From contig JBDHHQ010000017.1 of the NCBI GenBank assembly GCA_039589315.1, positions 32,001-96,000 of the forward strand: 64,000 nucleotides of DNA, written 5' to 3'. How positions within the stretch are numbered: position 1 is the stretch's first letter; each line of letters begins with the position of its first letter. The notes under the pieces were generated by a model. It was given only the letters and a program-made list of their open reading frames with translations. It was not told the origin of the DNA and did not search any database. A program made the position numbers and the translations under genes. The stretch comes from Gemmatimonadota bacterium (lineage in GTDB: Bacteria > Gemmatimonadota > Gemmatimonadetes > Longimicrobiales > Gaopeijiaceae). Shown in pieces: positions 21,053 to 29,796 of this stretch.

Positions 21053-21229
21053 CCGACTCGTCTCCCTCGCCTGGAAAGGCGTCGATGGTGGGCCGACCAT
21101 TCGAGACCGTCCGGCCCACCGGCCATCCCACTCTAGCCCACGAACGAAGATCGGGTTCCGGATCGTCCCCTGCAGTGGACCTCCGTGGACCCTGGCCAAG
21201 GAAGGACCGTTATGATGCGTCAGCCCGAG

Positions 21230-22762
21230 TCACGAGGACGCCGGCCCGGATCTCGCCCGACCGTTCTGAGGCCGGGACCGACTGCTGGCCTGGGGCCGAG
21301 ACCGGCTGCTGGCCTGGGGCCGAGGCCGACTGCTGGCCTGAGGCCGAGACCGACTGCTGGCCTGAGGCCGAGACCGACTGCTCGCTTGCGGCCGAGACCG
21401 ACTGCTGGCCTGAGGCCGAGACCGACTGCTGGCCTGAGGCCGAGACCGACTGCTGGCTTGCGGCCGAGACCGACTGCTGGCTTGCGGCCGAGACCGGCTG
21501 CTGGCCTGGGGCCGCGACCGACCGCTCGCTTGCGGCCGGGACCGACTGCTGGCCTGGGGCCGAGACCGGCTGCTGGCCTGGGGCCGGGACCGGTTGCTGG
21601 CCTGAGGCCGGGACCGACTGCTGGCCTGGGGCCGGGACCGACTGCTGGCCTGGGGGCGCGACCGACTGCTGGCCTGGGGCCGGGACCGACTGCTGGCCTG
21701 AGGCCGGGACCGGTTGCTGGCCTGAGGCCGGGACCGGTTGCTGGCCTGAGGTCGAGACCGGTTGCTGGCCTGAGGCCGAGACCGACTGCTGGCCTGAGGC
21801 CGCGACCGGTTGCTGGCCTGGGGCCGCGACCGGTTGCTGGCCTGAGGTCGGGACCGACCGCTGGCCTGGGGGCGCGATGGCAGCCCAGCCGATGGCCGTA
21901 TGCGGGCGCTGGCGGATGGGCGAGTTGTTCGTCCTCGCGCCGGTGCCGAGCCCACCGAGGTGCCGCGACCGGCACCGGCTCGCACCGGAGTTGTCGCGAC
22001 ACGCGCTCCCCGGGCCGACGCGAAGGCCGCGGTGCCGGCACCTCCACGCGGGCTTTCCTTGAAGCGCGTGGCCAGCGGTGAGTACACAGCGACTCGGCGG
22101 AAGGAGTGCCCATAGGCGTACTGGCGTCCGTAGTGGTGGCCGCTCCAGTAGTAGCGGCCGCTGCCGTAGTGATGGCCACCCCCGTAGAAGTATCCGCCGC
22201 CGTAGTAGGGAGCACCGTAGACCACCGCTCCGGGATACCCGTAGCCGTACCCGTGGCCAAACGAGAACCCGAATCCGAAGAAGCCGAAGGTGATGTTGAA
22301 GCTGAAGCCGAAATGGGGCTGTCCCCACCCGCCATGCCAGGAGGCCGGATACGCCCAATACCCCGACGTTGCCGGGGTAAAGTACCCATGGGGGCCCCAA
22401 TAGGGGTCAAAGTAGGCCGGGTGGAAGCTCCAGAAGGACCGGCACCGATACCGGTAGCCATCCCACCAGTACCCCCGGCTTCCGCACCGCCACGGGCTGA
22501 AGTACCCGCCGCGGTAGCTGCCGTAGTCCTGGTCGGCGTAGCCGTACTCGTCGTAGGCCGAATATGCGCCGTACCCGTCGGCGTACCCGTCGTCGTAGCC
22601 CTGGTCGTACCCGTCGTCGTACGCCATGCCGACGCCTACGCCGTCCCAGAGCCCACCGTCGGACTCCTGGTCGCCATACTGGCTCGCCTGGGCCAACCCG
22701 CCGGCTGGAGCAACGAGGAATGCGACGAGGAGCGGCACACCTACCGGCAAGACACTACGCAC
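21230..22762 (-). CDS. Secreted low-complexity protein: acidic YDDG segment, Tyr/Gly/Trp-rich region, C-terminal (RSRPQASS)n tail
   Basis: GGAGG RBS before GTG 22762; signal peptide LLVAFLVAPAGGLA-Q; variation between repeat copies is mostly synonymous in this frame. Confidence 0.8.
   Translation of the reverse strand: MRSVLPVGVPLLVAFLVAPAGGLAQASQYGDQESDGGLWDGVGVGMAYDDGYDQGYDDGYADGYGAYSAYDEYGYADQDYGSYRGGYFSPWRCGSRGYWWDGYRYRCRSFWSFHPAYFDPYWGPHGYFTPATSGYWAYPASWHGGWGQPHFGFSFNITFGFFGFGFSFGHGYGYGYPGAVVYGAPYYGGGYFYGGGHHYGSGRYYWSGHHYGRQYAYGHSFRRVAVYSPLATRFKESPRGGAGTAAFASARGARVATTPVRAGAGRGTSVGSAPARGRTTRPSASARIRPSAGLPSRPQASGRSRPQASNRSRPQASNRSRPQASSRSRPQASNRSRPQASNRSRPQASNRSRPQASSRSRPQASSRSRPQASSRSRPQASSRSRPQASNRSRPQASSRSRPQASSRSRPQASGRSRPQASSRSRPQASSRSRPQASSRSRPQASSRSRPQASSRSRPQASSRSRPQASSRSRPQASSRPRPQASSRSRPQASSRSRPQNGRARSGPASS
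21266..21877 (-). repeat. 24-bp coding tandem repeat, about 25 copies
   Basis: Plus-strand unit about GGCCGAGACCGACTGCTGGCCTGA over 612 bp, with no unique spacers. Confidence 0.97.
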
Positions 22763-22805
22763 GTCAACCTCCACGAAAGGGCGACCATTCCCGCTCTACC
22801 AAAGG

Positions 22806-22820
22806 GCACGGTCCGTGCCA
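22806..22820 (-). promoter_or_regulatory. Putative sigma-54 (-24/-12) promoter
   Basis: Minus strand TGGCACGGACCGTGC = TGGCAC-N5-GTGC with exact GG-N10-GC spacing, about 45 bp upstream of the GTG start; the site is also palindromic. Confidence 0.6.
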
Positions 22821-22898
22821 GCTGGCGCAAACACCGCGAAATCCCCTCAAACATTGGGTTTACCCGGGGGACGAACCCGACTGCCTCACCACCGCACC

Positions 22899-22918
22899 CT
22901 GTCCCGTATCGGTGACAG
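22899..22918. promoter_or_regulatory. Candidate upstream activator (enhancer) palindrome
   Basis: CTGTC-N10-GACAG about 80-100 bp upstream of the putative -24 element. Confidence 0.35.
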
Positions 22919-23286
22919 GCGGAACCCGTCGGGGGACAAGCTCCTCGGTCCTCGACTTGGTTGCTCCTCGACGGACCCAGGGTGCCACCGACCCTCCTCG
23001 GCACAGCGTCGAGCTGCCTTCCGGCCTGTCTTGCCGGTCCGAGCCCGGGGAGATCGTCCGACATCCCTTTCAGGAAACCCCCGACGAGTGGTTCGGTGCT
23101 CCTGGCCCTATCGTAGAACCGTGAGGAGTGACCCTCCTGACGGCCCTTTGCCCTCGCCCCGGGAGCGGAGGGATCCAAGGCGAGCCTCTGCCGCGAGACA
23201 GGAGTTGCTCATCGTGAGCAGGCCCTCGGCCCCCCGCACCGCCGGGAGGCGACGGGATCCGACACCCGCCGCCAGGGGAGGGGACC

Positions 23287-25245
23287 ATGCCTGACGCCCC
23301 TCTTCTCCAGCGACTACGGGAGCGGAAGCTCGTCCAGTGGTTGCTGGCCTACCTCGCGGGAGCGTGGTTGGCCGTTCAGGTTCTGGACATCATCGGTGAG
23401 CGGTTCAACTGGCCCAATCAGCTGCTTCAGGCCCTCATCGTCCTGCTCGGCTTCGGCTTCTTCGTCGCGCTGATCTTCGCTTGGTACCACGGGGAGAAGG
23501 GCAAGCAGCGCTTCAGCGGCTCGGAGCTCGCTCTGCTCGGCAGCGTCTTCGTCCTGGCCGCGATCACGATACCGCGGGTAACCACCGGACCTGGGCCCGA
23601 GAACCCTCTGGAGGCGTTGGTACGGATACCCGACGCCGAGGCCGCACCGGTTCCCCGGACGAGCCAGCCTATGGTCCGCAGAGGCGCCTCGGTCGCCGTG
23701 CTGCCGTTCGCGAGCCTGAGTGCGGATCCGAACGACAGCTACTTTGCCGACGGCATCCACGAGGACGTGTTGAACCATCTGGCCGAGCTCGAGGGCCTGA
23801 CGCTGATCTCGCGACAGTCCGTTCTCCAATACCGGGACACGGAGCTGACCGCCCGTGAGATCGGTGAGGAGCTTCGCGTGGGGGCAATCCTCGAAGGCTC
23901 CGTCCGGCGACAAGGGGACCGGATCCGCGTCGTCACCCAGCTCATCGACGCCGTTGCCGACGTCCACCTCTGGTCGCGCTCCTACGACCGTGAGCTGGAT
24001 GACGTATTCAGAGTCCAGAGTGAGATCGCGAGGGAGGTGGCTCACGCGCTCGAGACGTCGCTCACCCCAGAGGAGGTGCAGCGGATCGCGTCTGGTCCGA
24101 CTGGCAGCGTAACCGCCTACGACTACTACGTACGCGGCCGGGAGGCACACCGGGACTATACGCACGAGCGCAACGAAGAAGCGATCCGACGGTTCCAGCA
24201 GGCCATCGAGCTCGATTCGGCCTACGCCGCGGCCTGGGCAGGCCTGGGCGACGCGTACTCGATGCGCAGACTTCGGTTCGGTTTCGCGTATGAGTGGACC
24301 GACTCGGCCATCGCGGCCAGCCAGAAGTCCGTCGAGCTGGACCCGAGCCTGGCAGACGGACACAAGGCGCTGGGACTGGCGTACGGGACGAAGGGCTGGT
24401 ACCGAAGGGCCATCGCGTCCTACCTGCGCGCCGTCGAGCTCTCGCCGAGTCACGGCGTCGCGATGAACAACATCTCGGCGGCGTACTCTGCGCTACACGT
24501 CTTCGACGAAGCGCTGAGGTGGCGCCGACGCTCGTTCCAGGTGTCGCCGAACGGCCCGTACTCCCGGAGCAACGCTGCGATCGTCTATACGAATCTCGGC
24601 GAGCGAGAGCTTGCGGAACGGTGGGTGACGGACGCCCTGGCGCTCAACCCCGGCGACCTCTACGCGGGGGATGCCCGAGCGTACGTCCACCTCCGCTGGG
24701 GGGAGCTGGACCGCGCCGTCGCGATTCGAGACTCGATACAGGAGTCGGATTCAACCAACGCCCGGAGGCGGGTGGCCGCCGCCCTCTATCACATGTACAA
24801 CCGGGACTATCCGACGGCGTTGAAGCTGGTGGGCGAGGCCTTCGAGCTCGCCCCACACGGGCTCCTCCTGGCCCAGAAATGGGGCTGGACCATCGCCGGG
24901 TTCGCAAACCTCCAGCAGGGTGACACGGTCGAGGCCGACCGGCTCTTCCAGCAATCGCTCACCATCAACCAGATAGACCTGGACGGGGGGCTGGACATGC
25001 CCCGGACACCGTGGGAGAACGCGTCGATCTTCGCGGCTCTGGGGCGCACGGCCCAGGCATTGGCATGGGCCGAGGTGGCCTACCGCATGGGCCAGCGGCG
25101 GTATTGGGACGCCATCCACGACCCGATGTTCGACTCGATCCGGGAGCACCCCGACTTCGTGGCACTCCTGGACCGGATGCGGGAGGACGTCGACCAGATG
25201 AGACTACGAGCGGCGGCCGAGGAACGGGCCGCCGGTCTCCGCTGA
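23287..25245 (+). CDS. Membrane-anchored TolB-N-like/TPR protein
   Basis: LRERKLVQWLLAYL N-terminus, 3 TM, SVAVLPFASLS...YFADGIHED, LEGSVRR, HLWSRSYDREL, multiple TPRs, DPMFDSIR C-terminus. Confidence 0.9.
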   Translation: MPDAPLLQRLRERKLVQWLLAYLAGAWLAVQVLDIIGERFNWPNQLLQALIVLLGFGFFVALIFAWYHGEKGKQRFSGSELALLGSVFVLAAITIPRVTTGPGPENPLEALVRIPDAEAAPVPRTSQPMVRRGASVAVLPFASLSADPNDSYFADGIHEDVLNHLAELEGLTLISRQSVLQYRDTELTAREIGEELRVGAILEGSVRRQGDRIRVVTQLIDAVADVHLWSRSYDRELDDVFRVQSEIAREVAHALETSLTPEEVQRIASGPTGSVTAYDYYVRGREAHRDYTHERNEEAIRRFQQAIELDSAYAAAWAGLGDAYSMRRLRFGFAYEWTDSAIAASQKSVELDPSLADGHKALGLAYGTKGWYRRAIASYLRAVELSPSHGVAMNNISAAYSALHVFDEALRWRRRSFQVSPNGPYSRSNAAIVYTNLGERELAERWVTDALALNPGDLYAGDARAYVHLRWGELDRAVAIRDSIQESDSTNARRRVAAALYHMYNRDYPTALKLVGEAFELAPHGLLLAQKWGWTIAGFANLQQGDTVEADRLFQQSLTINQIDLDGGLDMPRTPWENASIFAALGRTAQALAWAEVAYRMGQRRYWDAIHDPMFDSIREHPDFVALLDRMREDVDQMRLRAAAEERAAGLR

Positions 25246-25272
25246 GATGCCATCGGCCCTTGGGCGGCCTTC

Positions 25273-25716
25273 TCAGCGGCGTCGCCCTCGTCCCCACGCT
25301 CCCTCGCGCGCCAGGGCCACGAAGAACAGCAACGCCGTGGCCCATCCGCTCAGGGGATGGACTGCGAGTCGCCACAACCAACGGAGTACCCGGGCTCCCC
25401 AATCCAGGGTCGAGGAGCCCAGGCCTGCGAGAACGAACAAACGGGGAGGCGTGTCGTCGATGCAGCTCATCGCGACCCCACGTTCGAAGGGCGGGGGAGC
25501 CACAGGGATCGCGGGGTCGGGCGATGGTGGCTCGAACTCCGAAGGGCCGGGATCGTGTAACGGTAGCGGCCAGATGTCGATCGAGCACGGGTGCGAACCG
25601 AGCTGCCGCGCATCGGAGGAGCAGGCCGAGCCCGCCTCCTGCCCGTCCAGCTGCGGGAGCACGACCCCCGCGCACAGAGACCCCACGATACCCAACACCC
25701 GGATCGTGAATCGCAT
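25273..25716 (-). CDS. Hypothetical small exported/membrane protein
   Basis: N-terminal hydrophobic segment, Cys residues, C-terminal TM with Arg tail; fills the gap between two clear genes. Confidence 0.45.
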   Translation of the reverse strand: MRFTIRVLGIVGSLCAGVVLPQLDGQEAGSACSSDARQLGSHPCSIDIWPLPLHDPGPSEFEPPSPDPAIPVAPPPFERGVAMSCIDDTPPRLFVLAGLGSSTLDWGARVLRWLWRLAVHPLSGWATALLFFVALAREGAWGRGRRR

Positions 25717-25886
25717 TCTCGCACCCTCCCTGGCTCGGAACAGTCCGAGGTTCGTCTCACCTGGCAGACGTTCTCGGGCGAGATCCTTGCACAGCGCCGG
25801 CTCCTGCCGGGGATGTCACGGGAACCATTTGGCTCCGTCATGTCTCTCAGGGAAAGCGAAACGACCCATCTCCATGGAGACCGTTG

Positions 25887-26273
25887 ATGTTCCTGAGAAA
25901 GCGCGAGCGCCCGGTGGCCCCCATCGTCCATGCCGAAGACGGGGACTTCAACACGGCGGTTTGGGAACAGCCCGGCGTGACGGTCGTCGACTTCTGGGCG
26001 CCGTGGTGCGGTCCCTGCCGAATGATGGAGCCGATCCTCGAGGAGGTGGCGATCGAGCGGGCGGAGGACGGCGTGCGGATCGTGAAGGTGAACGTCGACA
26101 GGGCGCCTCAGGTCTCGGCCCTCTACGGCATCCGGTCGATCCCGACGCTCATGTTCTTCCGCGATGGAGAAGCCCAGTTCGAGATGGTGGGCCTGGTGCC
26201 CAAGCCAGTGCTCGAGCGGGAGATCGGCGAGCTGCTGTCCTCCGCCGCGAAGCCGCCGGAGGCGGGCGACTAG
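25887..26273 (+). CDS. trxA: Thioredoxin
   Basis: VDFWAPWCGPC, KVNVD, IRSIPTL. Confidence 0.95.
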   Translation: MFLRKRERPVAPIVHAEDGDFNTAVWEQPGVTVVDFWAPWCGPCRMMEPILEEVAIERAEDGVRIVKVNVDRAPQVSALYGIRSIPTLMFFRDGEAQFEMVGLVPKPVLEREIGELLSSAAKPPEAGD

Positions 26274-26638
26274 CCGAACGGCTTGGCGTGGGCCACCAGG
26301 CCAGCCAGGGCCGCGAGAAGCGGTATCAGCACCAGGCTCCGGACGGACCAGACCGCGGACCGTCCGGCCGCCAGGACCAGCGCTCCGAGGGTGGTCCAGA
26401 TCGCGAGCTTCACCCACACCCAGCCCGGGAAGATCGCGCCGTGGTCGACGCCCAATCGGGCCAGCATCCCGAATCCGCCCAGCAAGACCAGGAAGAGGGC
26501 ACCACCGTGTAGCCGGGCAAGCCGCCTTTTCCATGGGTCCTCGGCCGCCAGAGGCGTACGCGCCAGGGCCACCGACAGCACGACGACCAGGCCGAAGATC
26601 CCGAGGAAGTGGACGGCGCGGTAGAACAGGTAGGGCAT
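26270..26638 (-). CDS. Small four-TM membrane protein (SirB2/DUF2269-like)
   Basis: Four hydrophobic helices with His residues (VHFLG, LHGG) and WVWVKL; 3 nt from the upstream gene. Confidence 0.7.
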   Translation of the reverse strand: MPYLFYRAVHFLGIFGLVVVLSVALARTPLAAEDPWKRRLARLHGGALFLVLLGGFGMLARLGVDHGAIFPGWVWVKLAIWTTLGALVLAAGRSAVWSVRSLVLIPLLAALAGLVAHAKPFG

Positions 26639-26641
26639 GGC

Positions 26642-27676
26642 TCAGCCTCCGGTCTCGCTTCGCACGACCGGAGCGACCTCGGTCCCCAGCAGCTCGATGG
26701 CCCGCATGACCTTGTCATGGGGCATGGGTCCCACCGTGAGCTGAATCAGGAAGCGCTGGTGGTGGAACAGCTGGTGCTGGAAGAGGATCTTGTCGATGAC
26801 CTCCTGCGGGCTACCGACGAACAGCGCTCCCCTAGGCGCGCTCTCGGCGTCGAACTGTCGACGAGTGGCGGGAGGCCAGCCGCGTTCGCGCCCGATGCGG
26901 GTCATGGTCTCGGCGAACGGTGGATACGCGATGTCTGCGGCCTCCTCGGCATCGTCCGCGATGAAGCCGTGTGAGTTGATACTCACCGGCAGCTCGGCCG
27001 GATCGTGCCCAGCCCGGGCCGCCGCCTCTCGATAGAGATCTACCATGGGCTTGAAGCGCTCGGGCGCGCCGCCAATGATGGCCAGGGCCATGGGCAGCCC
27101 GAGGGTCGCGGCCCGCACGACCGACCTGGGCGTACCGCCGACCGCGATCCACACGGGGATGCGGGCTTGCAGGGGCCGAGGGTAGACGGCACGGTCGTCG
27201 ATGGATGGACGGTGATGGCCGGACCAGGTGACGCGCTCCGACTCTCGTAGCTCCAGAAGCAGGTCCAGCTTCTCCGCGAACAGCTCCTCGTAGTCCGAGA
27301 GATCCTGGCCGAAGAGCGGAAAGGACTCGGTGAACGATCCCCGACCGGCCATGATCTCCGCTCGCCCGCCCGAGAGGAGGTCCAGGGTGGCGAAGTCCTG
27401 GAAGACACGCACTGGATCGTCCGAGCTCAGCACGGAAACGGCACTGGTCAGGCGGATGTTCTGCGTCCGAGCCGCAGCGGCGGCGAGCACGACGGCCGGT
27501 GTCGACACGGCGTAGTCCGGACGGTGATGCTCGCCGACCCCGAAGACGTCGAGGCCGACCTGATCCGCGAGCTCGATCTCCTCGAGGAGGTCACGTAGAC
27601 GCTCACGGGTGCCTATCTGCCGACCAGTGGCCGGGTCGAGAGGCGTCTCGGCGAAGGTGTAGATCCCAATCTCCAT
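26642..27676 (-). CDS. LLM-class flavin-dependent oxidoreductase (luciferase-like)
   Basis: [58 protein letters not shown]. Confidence 0.93.
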   Translation of the reverse strand: MEIGIYTFAETPLDPATGRQIGTRERLRDLLEEIELADQVGLDVFGVGEHHRPDYAVSTPAVVLAAAAARTQNIRLTSAVSVLSSDDPVRVFQDFATLDLLSGGRAEIMAGRGSFTESFPLFGQDLSDYEELFAEKLDLLLELRESERVTWSGHHRPSIDDRAVYPRPLQARIPVWIAVGGTPRSVVRAATLGLPMALAIIGGAPERFKPMVDLYREAAARAGHDPAELPVSINSHGFIADDAEEAADIAYPPFAETMTRIGRERGWPPATRRQFDAESAPRGALFVGSPQEVIDKILFQHQLFHHQRFLIQLTVGPMPHDKVMRAIELLGTEVAPVVRSETGG

Positions 27677-27723
27677 GGCGGTCGCTACACGCGGCGGCCG
27701 CACCCCTCGCGCCTCTCGACCGG

Positions 27724-28887
27724 CTACCGGTCGCCGACGGGCTCCAGTCGGACTACCGCCGTCGGCTCTGCCTCCCGGTGGTCGATGGCGAGGTAGATGT
27801 ACCCGTCCGGCCCCTGCCGGATATCCCGGATGCGGCCCAGCCCCCGAACCAGGGTCTCCTCCGCCACCACCTCCTGCCCGTCCAGCGTGAGGCGCGCGAG
27901 CTGCTGCCCGGCCAAGCCCCCTACGAACATGCTCCCACGCCAATCGGCAAAGACGGAGCCGGTGTAGATCATCAGCCCTGAAGTGGCGATGGACGGAACC
28001 CAGAAGTGGACCGGCGGCTCCATGCCCTCCCGGTGGGTTCCCTCATGGATGGCCAGACCGGTGCGGTAGTTCACGCCGTAGCCGACCACCGGCCAGCCGT
28101 AGTTCATCCCGGGCTGGATGAGGTTGAGCTCGTCGCCGCCCTGGGGCCCATGCTCGTTGAGCCAGAGATCGCCGGTCTCCGGATGAATCGCCAACCCCTG
28201 AGCATTGCGGTGCCCGTAGCTCCAGATCTCTGGAAGGACGCCGTCCTGACCGACGAACGGGTTGTCATCGGGCACCCGGCCATCGTCGTGAAGCCGAAGG
28301 GTGACACCGTGGTGGTTGGAGAGATCCTGGGCCGGATGGGCTTCCACGTCTCCGCTCGGCGGGGCCTGTCGATCTCCGACCGTGACGAAGAGATACCCGT
28401 TGCCGTCAAAAGCCAGGCGCGAGCCGTAATGCCCGCGCCCTTCGGTCTGGGCTTCGAAGATCTCCTCCACGTCCGTGAGCTCGTCGTTCTCGAAGCGACC
28501 TCGGATCACGGCCGTCGTGCCCCGCTCCCGGTCAGCCTTCGGCTTGGAGTAGCTGAGATACAGCAGGCGGTTCAAGGCGAAGTCGGGGTGGGGCATCACG
28601 TCGAGGAGCCCGCCCTGGCCCTCGGCGACGACCTCCGGGATGCCCGCCACGGGATCGGGGACGAGCATACCACCGCGAACGATGCGGAGCCGCCCTGGCC
28701 GCTCCGTCACCAGCATGTCGCCGCCCGGCAGAAACGCGATCGACCAGGGGCGCACGAGGCCGTCAGCCACTGTGACCACGCGGTAGTCGTGATAGGCGGA
28801 ACGGTAGACGTGCTCCTGGCCGGCGGCCGGGGTCGCCATGGACACGAGGAGCCCAGCGGCGGCGAATGCCGAGAGAGTCCGGGCCAT
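27724..28887 (-). CDS. PQQ-dependent glucose/sorbosone (aldose sugar) dehydrogenase, exported
   Basis: [69 protein letters not shown]. Confidence 0.93.
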   Translation of the reverse strand: MARTLSAFAAAGLLVSMATPAAGQEHVYRSAYHDYRVVTVADGLVRPWSIAFLPGGDMLVTERPGRLRIVRGGMLVPDPVAGIPEVVAEGQGGLLDVMPHPDFALNRLLYLSYSKPKADRERGTTAVIRGRFENDELTDVEEIFEAQTEGRGHYGSRLAFDGNGYLFVTVGDRQAPPSGDVEAHPAQDLSNHHGVTLRLHDDGRVPDDNPFVGQDGVLPEIWSYGHRNAQGLAIHPETGDLWLNEHGPQGGDELNLIQPGMNYGWPVVGYGVNYRTGLAIHEGTHREGMEPPVHFWVPSIATSGLMIYTGSVFADWRGSMFVGGLAGQQLARLTLDGQEVVAEETLVRGLGRIRDIRQGPDGYIYLAIDHREAEPTAVVRLEPVGDR

Positions 28888-29175
28888 CTTGAATCTCCTC
28901 CGAGCGGTATGAATGCGCCGGGCATGACCCGGTCGCGGGGACACGAAAGAGAAGCAGCGAGCGCCCCGCGGTCAATCGCCGCCGGACGCCCAGAGGTAGG
29001 GACACCCCAACGCCTGGGGAGCCGGCGTGGCGCCCTACGGTCTTTTCCGCCTTCTCCTGACAGACAACGCGCGCGACTCTCGCCAGACTAGGGTCGCAGG
29101 TGTGCGCGCAGGGCAGCGTGCCCGCCAGGTAACGCTGTCGCCGCACTTCCTTCGCATCGGCAGATGGAGGGCGCG

Positions 29176-29796
29176 ATGAAGACCGTGTTCGTCAGGTCGG
29201 AACGGTGCATCGGTTGCCGCCAGTGCGAGTTCGCCTGCGCGGTCGAGCACTCCCGAAGTCGGGATCCGGTCCTGGCTCTTCTCGAAGACCCACCACCCCG
29301 GCCTCGCATCCACGTCGAGGCAGGGCCCTGGTACAACGCCTCCTTCCCCAACAAATGCCGGCACTGCAATCCGGCGCCGTGCCAGCACGTCTGCCCGACG
29401 GCTGCCGTATTCAGGGACGACACCGGCGACTTCGTGCTCATCGAGCCCGGCAAGTGCATCGCGTGCGCCATGTGCGGGATGGTCTGTCCCTTCGATGCGA
29501 TCACCTACCATCCCTACGGCAACGGGATGCCCGTTCGCGTGGTCGCGACCAAGTGTGACGGCTGCGTGCGTCGGATCCGCCAGGGCGACGTGCCAGCCTG
29601 CGTCGAGGCCTGCAAGGTCGACGCGCTGATTTTCGGAGAGTTGAACGAGCTGGTTCGGGAAGGGCGAATCGCCGAGACGCAGGCGCTGCTCACCGCGGCC
29701 TCGACCGAGCCAGTGGCCTCAACCGTTCCGCCTACCGTCGTGGGCTGGCGGGCCTGGGGGCAGCAAGCCACCGAAGTGGCAGGGGGTGCATCATGA
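29176..29796 (+). CDS. cooF: CooF-type electron-transfer protein with four [4Fe-4S] motifs
   Basis: CIGCRQCEFAC, CRHC...CQHVCP, CIACAMCGMVCP, KCDGC...CVEAC; GGAGG RBS; ATGA overlap with cooS. Confidence 0.9.
   Translation: MKTVFVRSERCIGCRQCEFACAVEHSRSRDPVLALLEDPPPRPRIHVEAGPWYNASFPNKCRHCNPAPCQHVCPTAAVFRDDTGDFVLIEPGKCIACAMCGMVCPFDAITYHPYGNGMPVRVVATKCDGCVRRIRQGDVPACVEACKVDALIFGELNELVREGRIAETQALLTAASTEPVASTVPPTVVGWRAWGQQATEVAGGAS

Noticed and set aside
21266..21877. 24-bp repeat array as a CRISPR array, or as alternative-frame repeat proteins (TDCWPEAE, QQSVSASG, RPTAGLRP)
   Set aside because: The units are contiguous with no unique spacers and there are no cas genes. Variation is mostly silent only in the RSRPQASS frame, which also has the RBS and signal peptide.
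28950..29170. CooA box, RcoM repeats, sigma-54 site or NiCo riboswitch upstream of cooF
   Set aside because: I found no TGTC(A/G)-N6-(C/T)GACA, no GG-N10-GC with a TGGCA core, and no NiCo consensus. Only generic GC hairpins are present.
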